64,000 nt of DNA from a virus (lineage: Duplodnaviria; Caudoviricetes): positions 1 through 64,000 of the IMG/VR virus record IMGVR_UViG_3300028833_000086; one strand, 5' to 3'. A program made the translations under genes and the position numbers. Position 1 is the stretch's first letter; every line of letters begins with the position of its first letter. Of the stretch, positions 11,112 to 20,906 are shown piece by piece. Under the pieces are notes generated by a model. That model had not been told where the DNA came from and ran no database searches. It saw nothing but the letters and a program-made list of their open reading frames with translations.

Positions 11112-11705
11112 TTAAAAACTCAATAATTTATAGTTTCGTTTTTTTGTTGACTGAGTAACTGCTTTTTTAATTAATGAATCTTGCTCAGCATATATATTAT
11201 CCAATTCCTCAAATATTCTTGTAATTGGATCAGGTCTCATCGGTAGAGGATCTCCTTGTAAATAGCTGTAAGGGCCGTGATATCCACCAAGTGCATATAT
11301 AGAATCGTAGTCTACAATATCTGGATCATCAGTTGCATCTTTACCGATAACACACCCCATCACCAAACCATAGACATCGTATTTATCCAATTCATAAACA
11401 TCATCAAGGGATTCAGGTGTCAGTCTTATACCACCATAATATTTTCCTTTTAGGGTATTGCTATTTCTATATGGCTTGAAAGCCTTGCTTTTACCACTGT
11501 TATAAAATTGATGATGTCTCTTATATCTAACGGGTTCATAGTCTATATAAAAATCTCGAGTAGCATCTAGAGCCGCAGTTGATAATCTACGGCTCGCTTC
11601 TGTTGCAATATAATTTCCTATATCTGATTTGAAAATTTGTAATTCATTATTTAATTGGACGAAAAAGTTTTCATCCACCGTTACTTTCGTTTTCTTGTTC
11701 GCCAT
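11112..11705 (-). CDS. Tail-region hypothetical protein
   Basis: ORF with RBS GAGGGAG before MANKK; FYIDYEPVRYKR motif; immediately upstream of the TMP. Confidence 0.7.
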   Translation of the reverse strand: MANKKTKVTVDENFFVQLNNELQIFKSDIGNYIATEASRRLSTAALDATRDFYIDYEPVRYKRHHQFYNSGKSKAFKPYRNSNTLKGKYYGGIRLTPESLDDVYELDKYDVYGLVMGCVIGKDATDDPDIVDYDSIYALGGYHGPYSYLQGDPLPMRPDPITRIFEELDNIYAEQDSLIKKAVTQSTKKRNYKLLSF

Positions 11706-12189
11706 TTTTAATCTCCCTCTCAACCATTTCATTTAATACGGCTGAGAAGATAGAATTAGAAGAATTTAACAATCTATTAACCACATTGCCAATTGCACTG
11801 ACATTTTCTATTTCATCTTGAAATGTCATATTTAAAATTGTATTAAAATCAACAGCGTCTTCTGGCATAGCGGCAAGTATTTTCTTCGTATATTTTTTCT
11901 CAGCAAGTTTATTGTAATCTCCGAGTATATCCTCAGATAACTCGATATCTGTATATAAATTTAAAAGCGTAAGAAATGTATAGAACTCTTTATACACAGT
12001 ATTAATACGAAACACTTTCTGTTCCGTTCCTTCTTCTACAGGTATCTTCATATAACAGGATAGTTCAACTACTTTCTTTGCTTCAGCAATCTTTTCCTCA
12101 AGCGGCACATACTGTCTTGTAATGTGCTTCTCAATAATTCCTTCCTTATGATCTCCGTTCATCTGTTTAATAAATAATTCAATATTCAT
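11671..12189 (-). CDS. Hypothetical protein, possible tail assembly chaperone
   Basis: Acidic helical 172-aa ORF with AAGGAG RBS, two genes upstream of the TMP. Confidence 0.6.
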   Translation of the reverse strand: MNIELFIKQMNGDHKEGIIEKHITRQYVPLEEKIAEAKKVVELSCYMKIPVEEGTEQKVFRINTVYKEFYTFLTLLNLYTDIELSEDILGDYNKLAEKKYTKKILAAMPEDAVDFNTILNMTFQDEIENVSAIGNVVNRLLNSSNSIFSAVLNEMVEREIKNGEQENESNGG

Positions 12190-12269
12190 AATTTTCTCCT
12201 TTTTTATTAACTAGCAATATATTGCACATAACTAGCCAAAATCACTATCAAATAGCAACATATGGCTAG

Positions 12270-12764
12270 TTATGTAAATAGGTCATCCGCTTGTGATAAC
12301 CATCCAGCCTCAGCAATACATATAGCTTCGGCCTCGTCATCATTACAATCTATCTTGTAAACTTTTTTAACTCTACTAACAGCTTCTTGTTTGAGCTCTT
12401 CGCGTTTAAGATGCGATCCGTTCTTGGTGCACAATTTAATTCCAGTAATCTTGCGCCACGCAGAAGGAAGTATTTTAGTAAAGCTACACCCAACTTCCTG
12501 ACATACATACATAACAGCACCGAGAATGTTTGATAACATCTTAGTTGTCTCGACGTTCTGTTTATTCCACGAATCTTCAATATACAATGCGTTAGGGCGA
12601 AATAAATTTATTTTTTCTCCCAACTTCCACATCATATCTTTTATTCGCTGATCGGTATCTTTGTTTGACTTCATGTTAATAATGTCATGATAAACAAGTT
12701 CCCCATTATCTATGACCGCAACACCCGAGCAAGTAGTAGAGGCGTCTATGCCCATAACTCTCAT
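12270..12764 (-). CDS. RuvC-like Holliday junction resolvase
   Basis: MRVMGIDASTTCSG, YIED, PSAWRK and DDEAEAICI catalytic motifs. Confidence 0.88.
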   Translation of the reverse strand: MRVMGIDASTTCSGVAVIDNGELVYHDIINMKSNKDTDQRIKDMMWKLGEKINLFRPNALYIEDSWNKQNVETTKMLSNILGAVMYVCQEVGCSFTKILPSAWRKITGIKLCTKNGSHLKREELKQEAVSRVKKVYKIDCNDDEAEAICIAEAGWLSQADDLFT

Positions 12765-13000
12765 AAGACTTCCTTTCTCTTACACCACTTATCGTAGGCG
12801 TCATATGTGTCAGAACGATTAAACAAGAACACCATAATAGGCTGATGTGTTCTACGATCTTCACTTATTTCTATATCATTAAGTGTCACACCATTCTCAA
12901 GATAAAATATGCACTGTTGTATATTTAGTATTCTTATCTGAGAAAACAATTCATACGTTCTTCCAGTTATCTTACTAGTTTCAAATACCTTGTCATTCAT
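12761..13000 (-). CDS. Hypothetical protein
   Basis: 79-aa ORF with RBS; ATGA overlap with the resolvase gene. Confidence 0.75.
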   Translation of the reverse strand: MNDKVFETSKITGRTYELFSQIRILNIQQCIFYLENGVTLNDIEISEDRRTHQPIMVFLFNRSDTYDAYDKWCKRKEVL

Positions 13001-13020
13001 TTTTTATTCACCTTTCTTCT

Positions 13021-13185
13021 TTACACCGTATACGCATCTATAACTAATTCTATCGGTTGATCATTTGTTATTATGTTAAATTGAATGTCTGGATCAGTGC
13101 GCATCAATACGGGATATAGTTGTTCGTCCTGAGAAGCAATATTTATTTTTGTGTAATATGTATTATCATTTACCGTGACTTCCAT
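13021..13185 (-). CDS. Small hypothetical protein (54 aa, MEVTVNDNTYY...)
   Basis: Read manually; below the ORF-track cutoff; RBS AAGGTGGTG; fills the operon gap. Confidence 0.6.
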   Translation of the reverse strand: MEVTVNDNTYYTKINIASQDEQLYPVLMRTDPDIQFNIITNDQPIELVIDAYTV

Positions 13186-13197
13186 AACATCACCACC

Positions 13198-13518
13198 TTA
13201 ATCATTATGATAGGGAGTATTGATAATTGAATCTTTTGCATTTATAATTGCAATATCAGATTTGACAACTGTTTCCACTGTCTGATTGCCCTTGACTCCA
13301 ATCAATTGCACAAATACATCACCCTGTCTAAAACGAAGAGTATCTTCCTGTCTAAGTTTAATTGTTGCCAAATTATTATCTATGTCAGGTTCCACATCGA
13401 TAATTGTAGAGCCTTGTTTAAATCTAAAGAATATCTTTTCTCCCAAATTGTCATATCTAACACCATTAGAAAGCTGGATAGTAAATATAGGAGTCGTACC
13501 AATAATAAAATCCGCCAT
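13198..13518 (-). CDS. BppU-N/Ig-like structural domain protein
   Basis: IIGTTP...FRFKQG...LRQEDTLRF...VQL pattern typical of phage Ig-like adaptor domains. Confidence 0.6.
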   Translation of the reverse strand: MADFIIGTTPIFTIQLSNGVRYDNLGEKIFFRFKQGSTIIDVEPDIDNNLATIKLRQEDTLRFRQGDVFVQLIGVKGNQTVETVVKSDIAIINAKDSIINTPYHND

Positions 13519-13586
13519 AGTATTTTTCCTTTCTCACAAAAAATGGGACAACCAAATCACAGATGTGAAATAGTTATCCCATAAAA

Positions 13587-13901
13587 TTAATCTTCTTTCA
13601 CAATCTGCTTTTTATCGTCATCCTTAACCTTAGGTTCAACAACTAAAATTTCATCAATCTGCTTTTTGATTTCAGGATTGAATTTCATTCCCTTAGGAAT
13701 ATCAAGTGATTTAAGTTGATCTTTGGCTTCTGACTTTTTAATATGCTTATGAGCATAAGCTGAAAGAACGTCGAAAATCTTATTACACAGGACAGTGTCA
13801 TAAAGATATCTCCACGACTCATTCTTATTTCCATTGCCACATGTAGGGCAGTAAGTATATTTAGTTCCGCAGATTATGCAAGTTCTTTGTCCCTTTGCCA
13901 T
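13587..13901 (-). CDS. Zn-finger hypothetical protein
   Basis: CIICGTKYTYCPTC motif; follows the major tail gene. Confidence 0.75.
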   Translation of the reverse strand: MAKGQRTCIICGTKYTYCPTCGNGNKNESWRYLYDTVLCNKIFDVLSAYAHKHIKKSEAKDQLKSLDIPKGMKFNPEIKKQIDEILVVEPKVKDDDKKQIVKED

Positions 13902-13964
13902 AACATGTTCTCCTTTTAATCACATGGAGGGCGGTTACCCACCCTCCACAAATTTCAATTTAAA

Positions 13965-14783
13965 TTATGACTGCGAGGTAACAACAGTCGTAACTGCATC
14001 CTCATCAGGGAAGTAAATGTAATAAAGAACCTTATCAATGGAATCGCAATAGTCGATCTGAAGAGTTCCGTTGAAGTCGGTCTCAGTATTCTCAGAATCG
14101 AGGTTGATCGTTACGGAAGGATCGGGCTGGAAGCTGGGAATGTAAATATAAGCAGCTCTGTATGCATCCTCACAAGGATCAACGATAGCGACATAAAGAG
14201 TAAGGTGAATGGTGTCAGGGAAAGATGAAGCGGTATTAGTAATCTTATAACCAGCCTCAGCATCTCTGTCATACTTAATAAGATACTTGGTAGGAGCATC
14301 GGTAGCTGTTGAGGGAACAGTGATAGTCTTTGCAGAAGGATCATATGCAAATGTCTGATCTACAACTGCAGAAGTTCCCTGAGTAAGAACCTTTCCGTTA
14401 GCACCATTGCTATAAAGTCCCATAACATGAATACTACCAGTCTTAGCATCTGTAGCGTCAACAGTAGCGCCAGCAGCTACAACGGTAACAAAAGGCATCT
14501 CTATCTTATCGGTAGAAGATGCAACTTCCATAGGACTACCCGACTGTGCATTAAGAAGCACGGGTGAAAGGAGAGCAGAAGAAGCGGTGAAGCTTGCAGT
14601 CTTGCTCTGATAAATGGTACGTATTACGTTACCATTCTTATCAGTGATCTCAATAGGATCAGAGCTAACCTCGATAGAAGCAGAGGTAAGCTGGTCAAGG
14701 GTGTAGAGAAGCTCATTCTCGAAGTTCTGAGCTACGCCGTAAATAATCTCCTTAACGGCGAAATTACCAAGATTAAAAGCCAT
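13965..14783 (-). CDS. Major tail tube protein
   Basis: 272-aa beta-rich protein with highly-expressed codon usage, between head-tail genes and the TMP; hairpin at about 13925-13948 follows. Confidence 0.75.
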   Translation of the reverse strand: MAFNLGNFAVKEIIYGVAQNFENELLYTLDQLTSASIEVSSDPIEITDKNGNVIRTIYQSKTASFTASSALLSPVLLNAQSGSPMEVASSTDKIEMPFVTVVAAGATVDATDAKTGSIHVMGLYSNGANGKVLTQGTSAVVDQTFAYDPSAKTITVPSTATDAPTKYLIKYDRDAEAGYKITNTASSFPDTIHLTLYVAIVDPCEDAYRAAYIYIPSFQPDPSVTINLDSENTETDFNGTLQIDYCDSIDKVLYYIYFPDEDAVTTVVTSQS

Positions 14784-14804
14784 AATCTTATTCCTCCTTA
14801 TTTG

Positions 14805-15650
14805 TTAAATGTCCTTCATGAAATCATAAGACGAAGGATCTATATCTTTACTATTTACAAAACCTGAATACATTCCCTTAAGCACAGCTGTTGCATGCTC
14901 GTATAACTGAATACGTTTTAATGAATCAAAGAATTCAGCAATACCGACTTCCTTTAATTCTTTTAGTTTGTATTTAGTTGCAGGATGATTAATATAAGAA
15001 CTGATAAGTGGAACAAATGAAAAAGAAGAGCTTTCGCCCTTCTTTTCTTTTTGCCTCAACTCATTCTTATCTTTTCTAATCCACCACTCTTTAAGCATTT
15101 TGTCAGGTGTAAGTTCACGTTCAGGCTTCATATTAAAAACATTTTGGAGATATTGATGAAAATACTGATAGACAAGTTCCGTTATCTCCGTATCGGTTGA
15201 CTCGTCATAGAGGAACTCTTCCTCGCTTCCGTCTTCCTTCGTGCGCGCGTACGGCTCGAAGTTTTGGAAGTTTATATTGTCAAACAGCAGATTAACAACA
15301 TCTTGGTCTAGCTGTTTATACATAATCATGAACATCTGGAAGTCTGTGATTGTGTTCCAATCTATACCAGCTTCCCATAGCATTAATCTAAATTGCGTCG
15401 TATTGCCGACAAGTATACTCAAGGTTGAATAAAATTTAGATTCACCAATTGTGAGGATGTCACCTATAGTTGGCGACTTAACTGTAACAGACCCTCTTAC
15501 TCCATCTTCATTAATTATCAATGGTTCACCAAAATATAATTTAAGTCGATCAATTTCAAGAGTGGGATACTTGGGTGGTAACTTAGTCTTTACAGGCGAT
15601 AAATTACCAACTACTTTTCCCGCCTCTTCAACAGTCGTCTTACTTGGCAT
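14805..15650 (-). CDS. Conserved tail-region protein
   Basis: 281-aa ORF (PTIGDI...GMYSGF) in the structural operon. Confidence 0.7.
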   Translation of the reverse strand: MPSKTTVEEAGKVVGNLSPVKTKLPPKYPTLEIDRLKLYFGEPLIINEDGVRGSVTVKSPTIGDILTIGESKFYSTLSILVGNTTQFRLMLWEAGIDWNTITDFQMFMIMYKQLDQDVVNLLFDNINFQNFEPYARTKEDGSEEEFLYDESTDTEITELVYQYFHQYLQNVFNMKPERELTPDKMLKEWWIRKDKNELRQKEKKGESSSFSFVPLISSYINHPATKYKLKELKEVGIAEFFDSLKRIQLYEHATAVLKGMYSGFVNSKDIDPSSYDFMKDI

Positions 15651-16248
15651 ATATCTTGTTTACAAATTGTGGTTCACCATTAATAGTCTTAACAAGATTT
15701 GCATCGGTGTAAAATTCAAAAGTAAGTTTGCGGATAGCATAGTTATCATCTGTTGTATTAGGAATATTTGATATTAGCTTAGCCTTTCCGCCGCTAAAAG
15801 GATAATGGTTAAACTCGTGTATAAGTAATGAAGCAATCAAATCGTGGCGTGCCACACCTATCTCGGTGATAGCACCAGAGAAATCGGTCGAATCAGTTTC
15901 GGTAACAACCGTCTGGTTCTTTTGTTCGCAAACCACATAAAATACTAATTGCTGTATCTTCATAGATTTGTTATATCTTTCCAGTTCCGAGAATTGCGTC
16001 TCAAAACAAATGAAGTTTTTTGCCTCGACCTGAACTGGATGAATAAGATAGTATGGAAAGATTGCCTTTCCAAAGTATTCATCTGGTTCAGCCTCAGCAT
16101 CTTCCAAGTCCTTACAATCAAGGGCATGAATAATATATTTATTACTTAAGAGTTTTTCCTTTATTTCTTTTTTTAACCTTGAGTCATCGTCTTCAACATC
16201 ATGAACGAGGGACGCAAAGTATGCAGTATCTGCCGCAGTCCATTTCAT
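15640..16248 (-). CDS. Putative tail terminator/completion protein
   Basis: Position before the major tail gene; IFPY, NFICFE and RHDLIA motifs. Confidence 0.55.
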   Translation of the reverse strand: MKWTAADTAYFASLVHDVEDDDSRLKKEIKEKLLSNKYIIHALDCKDLEDAEAEPDEYFGKAIFPYYLIHPVQVEAKNFICFETQFSELERYNKSMKIQQLVFYVVCEQKNQTVVTETDSTDFSGAITEIGVARHDLIASLLIHEFNHYPFSGGKAKLISNIPNTTDDNYAIRKLTFEFYTDANLVKTINGEPQFVNKIYAK

Positions 16249-16260
16249 AGCGTCGCCTCC

Positions 16261-18933
16261 TTATAATCCCGCAATATTTAGTTGCAATGTTCCTACAACT
16301 CCACTCGTAGCCGTATAAGTTATGGTTAATACCTTACCGACATAATCCGTACCTACATAATTAGGATCACCCTTAACATAGTTAGGATTTGACTTGGAGT
16401 CATTATAAAAGTTTATACGCACCTGATTCGGATCAAGACCGTTAAAGTCTTCGCCGATAAGACCTTTAGCCTTAACATCGACACCATCGACTTCATATGT
16501 CCAAGTACCCGTCTCATATGGCAACGCATCTTCTCCCTTATAGAATAGAGCAGTAAGCTTTTTAGAACTTCCGCCAACCTTAAGAGTTTGTGATACACCA
16601 GTAAATGTGAGATCGATATGTTTGTATGGATCAATGGGACGATCATCCAAGAAATCTTCTGGAATATTTTCTCCATAATAATCCGCATACATTCCCACGA
16701 TCGTACTAGGATCACCATCGACTTCATATTCAATATAGTCGCGATTTGGATCCCATACATCTTGGTCGCCAGTATATATTCCTATTCCATGAGGAGTAGT
16801 ACGTGATACTTTAGAAATTTGCCACACACGGGGTATGTCTCCCGCGTTAACATCAACCTTAGTATCAACAATTAGTCGCTGATTATATGTCAGCTTTGAA
16901 GTAACTTCATTCATAGGCAAGTAGAACTTTATTACGTCATTAGGCGTAGTAAAAATATAGTCCGTCCAAATACCATTAGAATTCAGAACATGTGTTATGT
17001 TATTATGTTACCCAATTTGTTCGTTAGACAAATCTGGATTATTTATATTGCAATATTCAGCATATATATTATGCTTTCTTTTTAAAAACATATCAGCATC
17101 TTTATATATCCAATTACAAAACTTTAATTTTTCAGAATTTTTGTTAATACATAAATCGCTTGTTATGCCATTATTATTTGAACTAAAAACAACTTTTGAT
17201 TCAATATTTAAATTTTCTTTTAAATATTTAGACAATGAAATATTGAAATCATAAGTAGATGTAATTTTAGGCTGTATTGTTTTACGGTTCCAAACATTTA
17301 TATCTTTACAACCCATAGTGCCATTACCATCAAAATAGCCCCTTATAAAATGAGATAATAATTCGTCTGGGATATACATCGGAAATTTTAATCTATTACT
17401 TTTGTTAGGTATCATCCCACAACATATTAAAGACTCACACATATAAGAGCTAAATATTTGAAGTTTATATTGTGGTTGAACATCATACTCTTTTCCGTTT
17501 ATTATTTTTTTACAAACTGGAATATATATAAGATCACGCTTATAATTTAATTCCTTTTTAATATCTTCAAGAATATGTTTATCACATTCTTCTAATGCTA
17601 TTTCAATGGTTCCCCTCTTAAAAGAGTTATGTCCATCTGCATATAATAAACCAAGTATATACGCCTTATTAGGAGTGTTTATGTTATCAAAATATTTAGT
17701 ATTAAGAGTATACTTTCTCATAGAATTATTGTCTCGATCTATTCCTAACGAATCTAATATATGAGCCACTTTATGATTTGTAATTCCATATTCTTTACCA
17801 ATTCCCATAGTTGATATACCGTTTATATATTTATTTTTTATTATTTCTTTATCTTCTTCTGTAATCAACTCGATTGGTAATTTATTACTAGCAGCATACG
17901 TTAATACATTAGAAATGGTTTTTTCACTCCAATGTGTAATTTCTGAAATTTCCTTTATTGTTTTCCCTTGTTCGTGTAATTTATAAATTAAAGTTTTAGC
18001 CATTATCATTTCTCCTAAAATAATAAATAAAAATAAAAGTGGTAATCCGAGTGTAGGAGCACATCGGAAACGGGAGCTACCCGCTGTTCCACTTTTATAA
18101 ACAATATAAATAATTTTCTTATGCTTTCACATAAGTGCAGAACATATCAAAACCATACCATTGCTGGGTTAGGTTGTCCCCGTTGTAGCACTTGCTACAT
18201 TGTTCGTTGAGCCCATCCCTATTCGGGACTTTGCTGCGCCGATTATCCATTGTACATCTCATAACTTTTTAAAGCCGTTACGTTTGTGTTTATTTCATCA
18301 CTCCGCTTTGACATATGAGCTTTAGGAACTTCCCGCAATTAGAGGACTTTCGACATACGGTTTCCCGTATGAAGCGCATTCATTTTACGAGTTCTGGTTT
18401 CTTTGGACGCCTGCCATTTGATATTTGGTGCGATTAAACACCCAAGTAAATAAGTAGTTAACTCTTAATATTTCATAAGTAGGAAACTGAGCATTATTAC
18501 TCTGTGCCATGCCAACCACAAGCCACCTATTATATACACCTCGATTATCAGGTATGTCTACATAAAGTCCGCAGGGGAATGTTGCACCCCATCTCTCCTC
18601 GTAATTCTTTTTGTAGTAAGTAACTACATTAAGATTCTGAGAAGGCTGGAACATTATGTGATAACTGACCGCATCTTTATTTAAAGTCTGCGAACTATTC
18701 TCAATATACTTAATAGTAATAGGTACTTTGTCAGCGTCGTCTGCGGGCGTTAACCCCTCAAACTGGCGTGGGTGTGCGTCATGTTCATAGTCATAGAAAT
18801 ACGCAGTGCGAGTTTGAATATCGTCATACCACGTTTCTTCCATGATCATATCGGATTCAACCTTATGAGCTTGTCCGTTTGTATACGCACCAATTATTTT
18901 TTTATACGATTGTAGGGACGGCAATATTATCAC
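16261..18933 (-). CDS. Head-tail joining/structural protein split by group I intron 1 (exon 1: 18933-18387; exon 2: 16988 or 16982 to 16261)
   Basis: ORF-track fragments 18385-18933 and 16261-16920 rejoin in frame after intron removal (...RNQNS-[Y or FLN]-SNGIWTDY...). Confidence 0.85.
17008..18009 (-). CDS. Intron-encoded double-motif LAGLIDADG homing endonuclease with N-terminal HTH repeats
   Basis: KAYILGLLYADG and SHFIRGYFDGNG motifs; very AT-rich; lies inside the intron. Confidence 0.93.
   Translation of the reverse strand: MIMAKTLIYKLHEQGKTIKEISEITHWSEKTISNVLTYAASNKLPIELITEEDKEIIKNKYINGISTMGIGKEYGITNHKVAHILDSLGIDRDNNSMRKYTLNTKYFDNINTPNKAYILGLLYADGHNSFKRGTIEIALEECDKHILEDIKKELNYKRDLIYIPVCKKIINGKEYDVQPQYKLQIFSSYMCESLICCGMIPNKSNRLKFPMYIPDELLSHFIRGYFDGNGTMGCKDINVWNRKTIQPKITSTYDFNISLSKYLKENLNIESKVVFSSNNNGITSDLCINKNSEKLKFCNWIYKDADMFLKRKHNIYAEYCNINNPDLSNEQIG
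18011..18100 (-). promoter_or_regulatory. Three-way-junction RNA element whose loop is complementary to the endonuclease SD
   Basis: Outer stem AAAAGUGG/CCACUUUU; hairpin GCGGG-UAGCU-CCCGU; hairpin with loop CUCCUA complementary to SD UAGGAG; covarying copy at 19441-19538. Confidence 0.7.
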
Positions 18934-19250
18934 CTCCCATTAATTTTTTGTACTTCGCTACCTGCATCAAGTATGAGTTTTCTATATCTTCTATACTTAA
19001 AATCAGCCGATTGATATTCCTTAAACGCTTTAGTAAGCTTCTTAACTATATTTATAATTTGAACGGGATAGTTAAACATCTCATTCAAACCATCTAGATC
19101 GGTAAACAAATCATTAAACGCGGTTTCAACATTCACTTCTGGATAATCTTTTGCAGTCGCAGGATCAACTATTAAAAGTAGATAAAATATCTTTTTTCTC
19201 AGAAGTGTTTTTTCGGTTTCTACTTGCTCATCAGAAAATCTAATATTCAT
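18930..19250 (-). CDS. Hypothetical head-completion region protein
   Basis: 106-aa ORF overlapping both neighbours by 4 nt. Confidence 0.75.
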   Translation of the reverse strand: MNIRFSDEQVETEKTLLRKKIFYLLLIVDPATAKDYPEVNVETAFNDLFTDLDGLNEMFNYPVQIINIVKKLTKAFKEYQSADFKYRRYRKLILDAGSEVQKINGR

Positions 19251-20189
19251 GATTCGCTACCTCCCAAATATCCATTGATAATAAATCCACGGTCTCTTAT
19301 CATGCGCCTAACTTCAAGTTCAGCATCATCTTTAATGCTACGCAATTCAGACATGTGGGAACTTTGTGCGTACCCTATTGTGTTACTTATGAGGGTCGTT
19401 ACTCCACATAAGACTTACCATTACAATAATTATTTTTCATACACATTCCCTCTAAAAATCTGTATATAATAAAAAGACCGTAATTATTGTGTTAGAGGCA
19501 CGATAAAATAGGAGCTACCTACTGTCCGATCTTTTTATAACTAATGGTAAATTTTCCTATACTTTCATATAGGTACTGACTATATCTTTCACCATGCCTA
19601 TAAATAGGTTTAGGGTTCCACACTTCGGGAGACTTCTCCCTACGAGTATTTCAACTCATAGTCGATGAGGGCAGTACTATTCATACTTTCCCTGCGGATT
19701 ATCCAATTTATAAACTTTTTAAACCTTTACGCCTTGGCATATTTCATCCATTCGCTTTGGTATTATAACTTAAGGACTTCCCCGCATATTCGTGGAAATG
19801 CGACATAACGTTTCCATTATGCCGAGCTATTGATTGCAGCAAACAATCATCAACTTTACTTCTTTGCCTGAAAACATCTGAGCCAATAACGATGTCTTTT
19901 GAACTTGTGGAAGAACCCACTCATAAACCATTGCTTTACCTAACATAGTGATTAAGAATTCGTCGTCGCCATTGGCGTCAGGGTTCTTCATCTCATATGT
20001 AAGCAATCCCGTTTCATCATCCATGGAGATAGTTAAGAACAAAGCTCTTATATACGGAGTACCAATTACTTTATGCAGATACTCTTTTAATTGTTCTATA
20101 GTTACGTCCTCGTCTTGTTTGGCGATTTTATAATCGGTAACGTTAGACAAGAAACTACTAAAAATAACATCGTAGTTTATGGAAGACAT
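19247..20189 (-). CDS. Putative head-tail adaptor split by group I intron 2 (exons 20189-19853 and 19374-19247; 154 aa)
   Basis: Splicing gives ...SGKEVK-W-YAQSSHMSELR...; the exon 2 stop overlaps the next start (ATGA). Confidence 0.85.
19375..19852 (-). mobile_element. Group I intron 2 (478 nt, no intact endonuclease)
   Basis: P1 AGU|...GCU; AUGCGGGGAAG/AAUCCGCAG (P4); canonical P7 GACUA/UAGUC (AUCGACUA, AAGAUAUAGUC); P3 UUCCAC/GUGGAA; terminal G. Confidence 0.92.
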
Positions 20190-20214
20190 AAAACACCTAC
20201 CTTCCTACGACTTA

Positions 20215-20805
20215 TCACATATCAGCCACTAAAGAAAAATCTATATTGAGAATCCTTTCAAGTGCCTTAATCTTTCGTACACTGTCAAGTTCACCGTTAG
20301 AAATCTTAGTAGATACAATGTTGATAAACTGTTCTTTTGCCCCCTTGGGAAGTATGGAAATTGCATCTTCCATCTCTCCTTCGTTCATATCAAGAATTTC
20401 AGAAAGTTCTTTTATTGTGAATTTCTCATTATAAAACTTATTAAGTTCTGTAAACTCTTCAATAAAAGCATCATCCTCTATAATGAAATAAGGTGCAAAA
20501 ATAAACTGTGAATGTGAACGTACAGCACTTGCGAGATCTCTGTATTCAACTTCAATCTCGTCTCCGTAGTCCATCCATCTATATACCATTTTTGTATTAA
20601 TACCTTCCATAAGAAGTTTACCTACAGTAATAGATCTGCACAGAATAGGATCTGAAGGATCATGTTTAACACGAACCTTTTTCTCTTCTTTCACTGCCAC
20701 TTCTTCCGCCTCATCAATAACCTCTTCTACGATCTCAGGCTCGACGGGTTTAGTAACCTTCTTAACAGTTGTTTTCTTTGTAGTTGTTTTCTTTGTGTAA
20801 GCCAT
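20215..20805 (-). CDS. Conserved hypothetical protein following the capsid gene
   Basis: 196-aa ORF with AAAGGAG RBS. Confidence 0.75.
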   Translation of the reverse strand: MAYTKKTTTKKTTVKKVTKPVEPEIVEEVIDEAEEVAVKEEKKVRVKHDPSDPILCRSITVGKLLMEGINTKMVYRWMDYGDEIEVEYRDLASAVRSHSQFIFAPYFIIEDDAFIEEFTELNKFYNEKFTIKELSEILDMNEGEMEDAISILPKGAKEQFINIVSTKISNGELDSVRKIKALERILNIDFSLVADM

Positions 20806-20842
20806 TGTTATTTTTCTCCTCTTTTGTCATTTTTAATCAAAG

Positions 20843-20866
20843 TGGGAGAGCGGTCTGCCCTCCCAC
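20843..20866 (-). terminator. Hairpin/terminator after the capsid gene
   Basis: GTGGGAGGGC...GCTCTCCCAC followed by TTTGATT. Confidence 0.6.
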
Positions 20867-20906
20867 AGGTTTAAACCTTCACACTAAAGTAGTGACTCTC
20901 TTTTTA

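Larger units (their letters stand above)
16989..18386 (-). mobile_element. Group I intron 1 carrying a LAGLIDADG endonuclease ORF (3' end at 16989 or 16983)
   Basis: P1 CGU|...GCG with U.G pair; P4 element UUGCGGGAAG; P7 GAACA/UGUUC; P3 GUCCUC/GGGGAC; in-frame exon joining. Confidence 0.9.

Noticed and set aside
11671-11732. Programmed frameshift between the two genes upstream of the TMP
   Set aside because: No clear XXXYYYZ slippery heptamer identified in the overlap, and the downstream gene has its own RBS and ATG.
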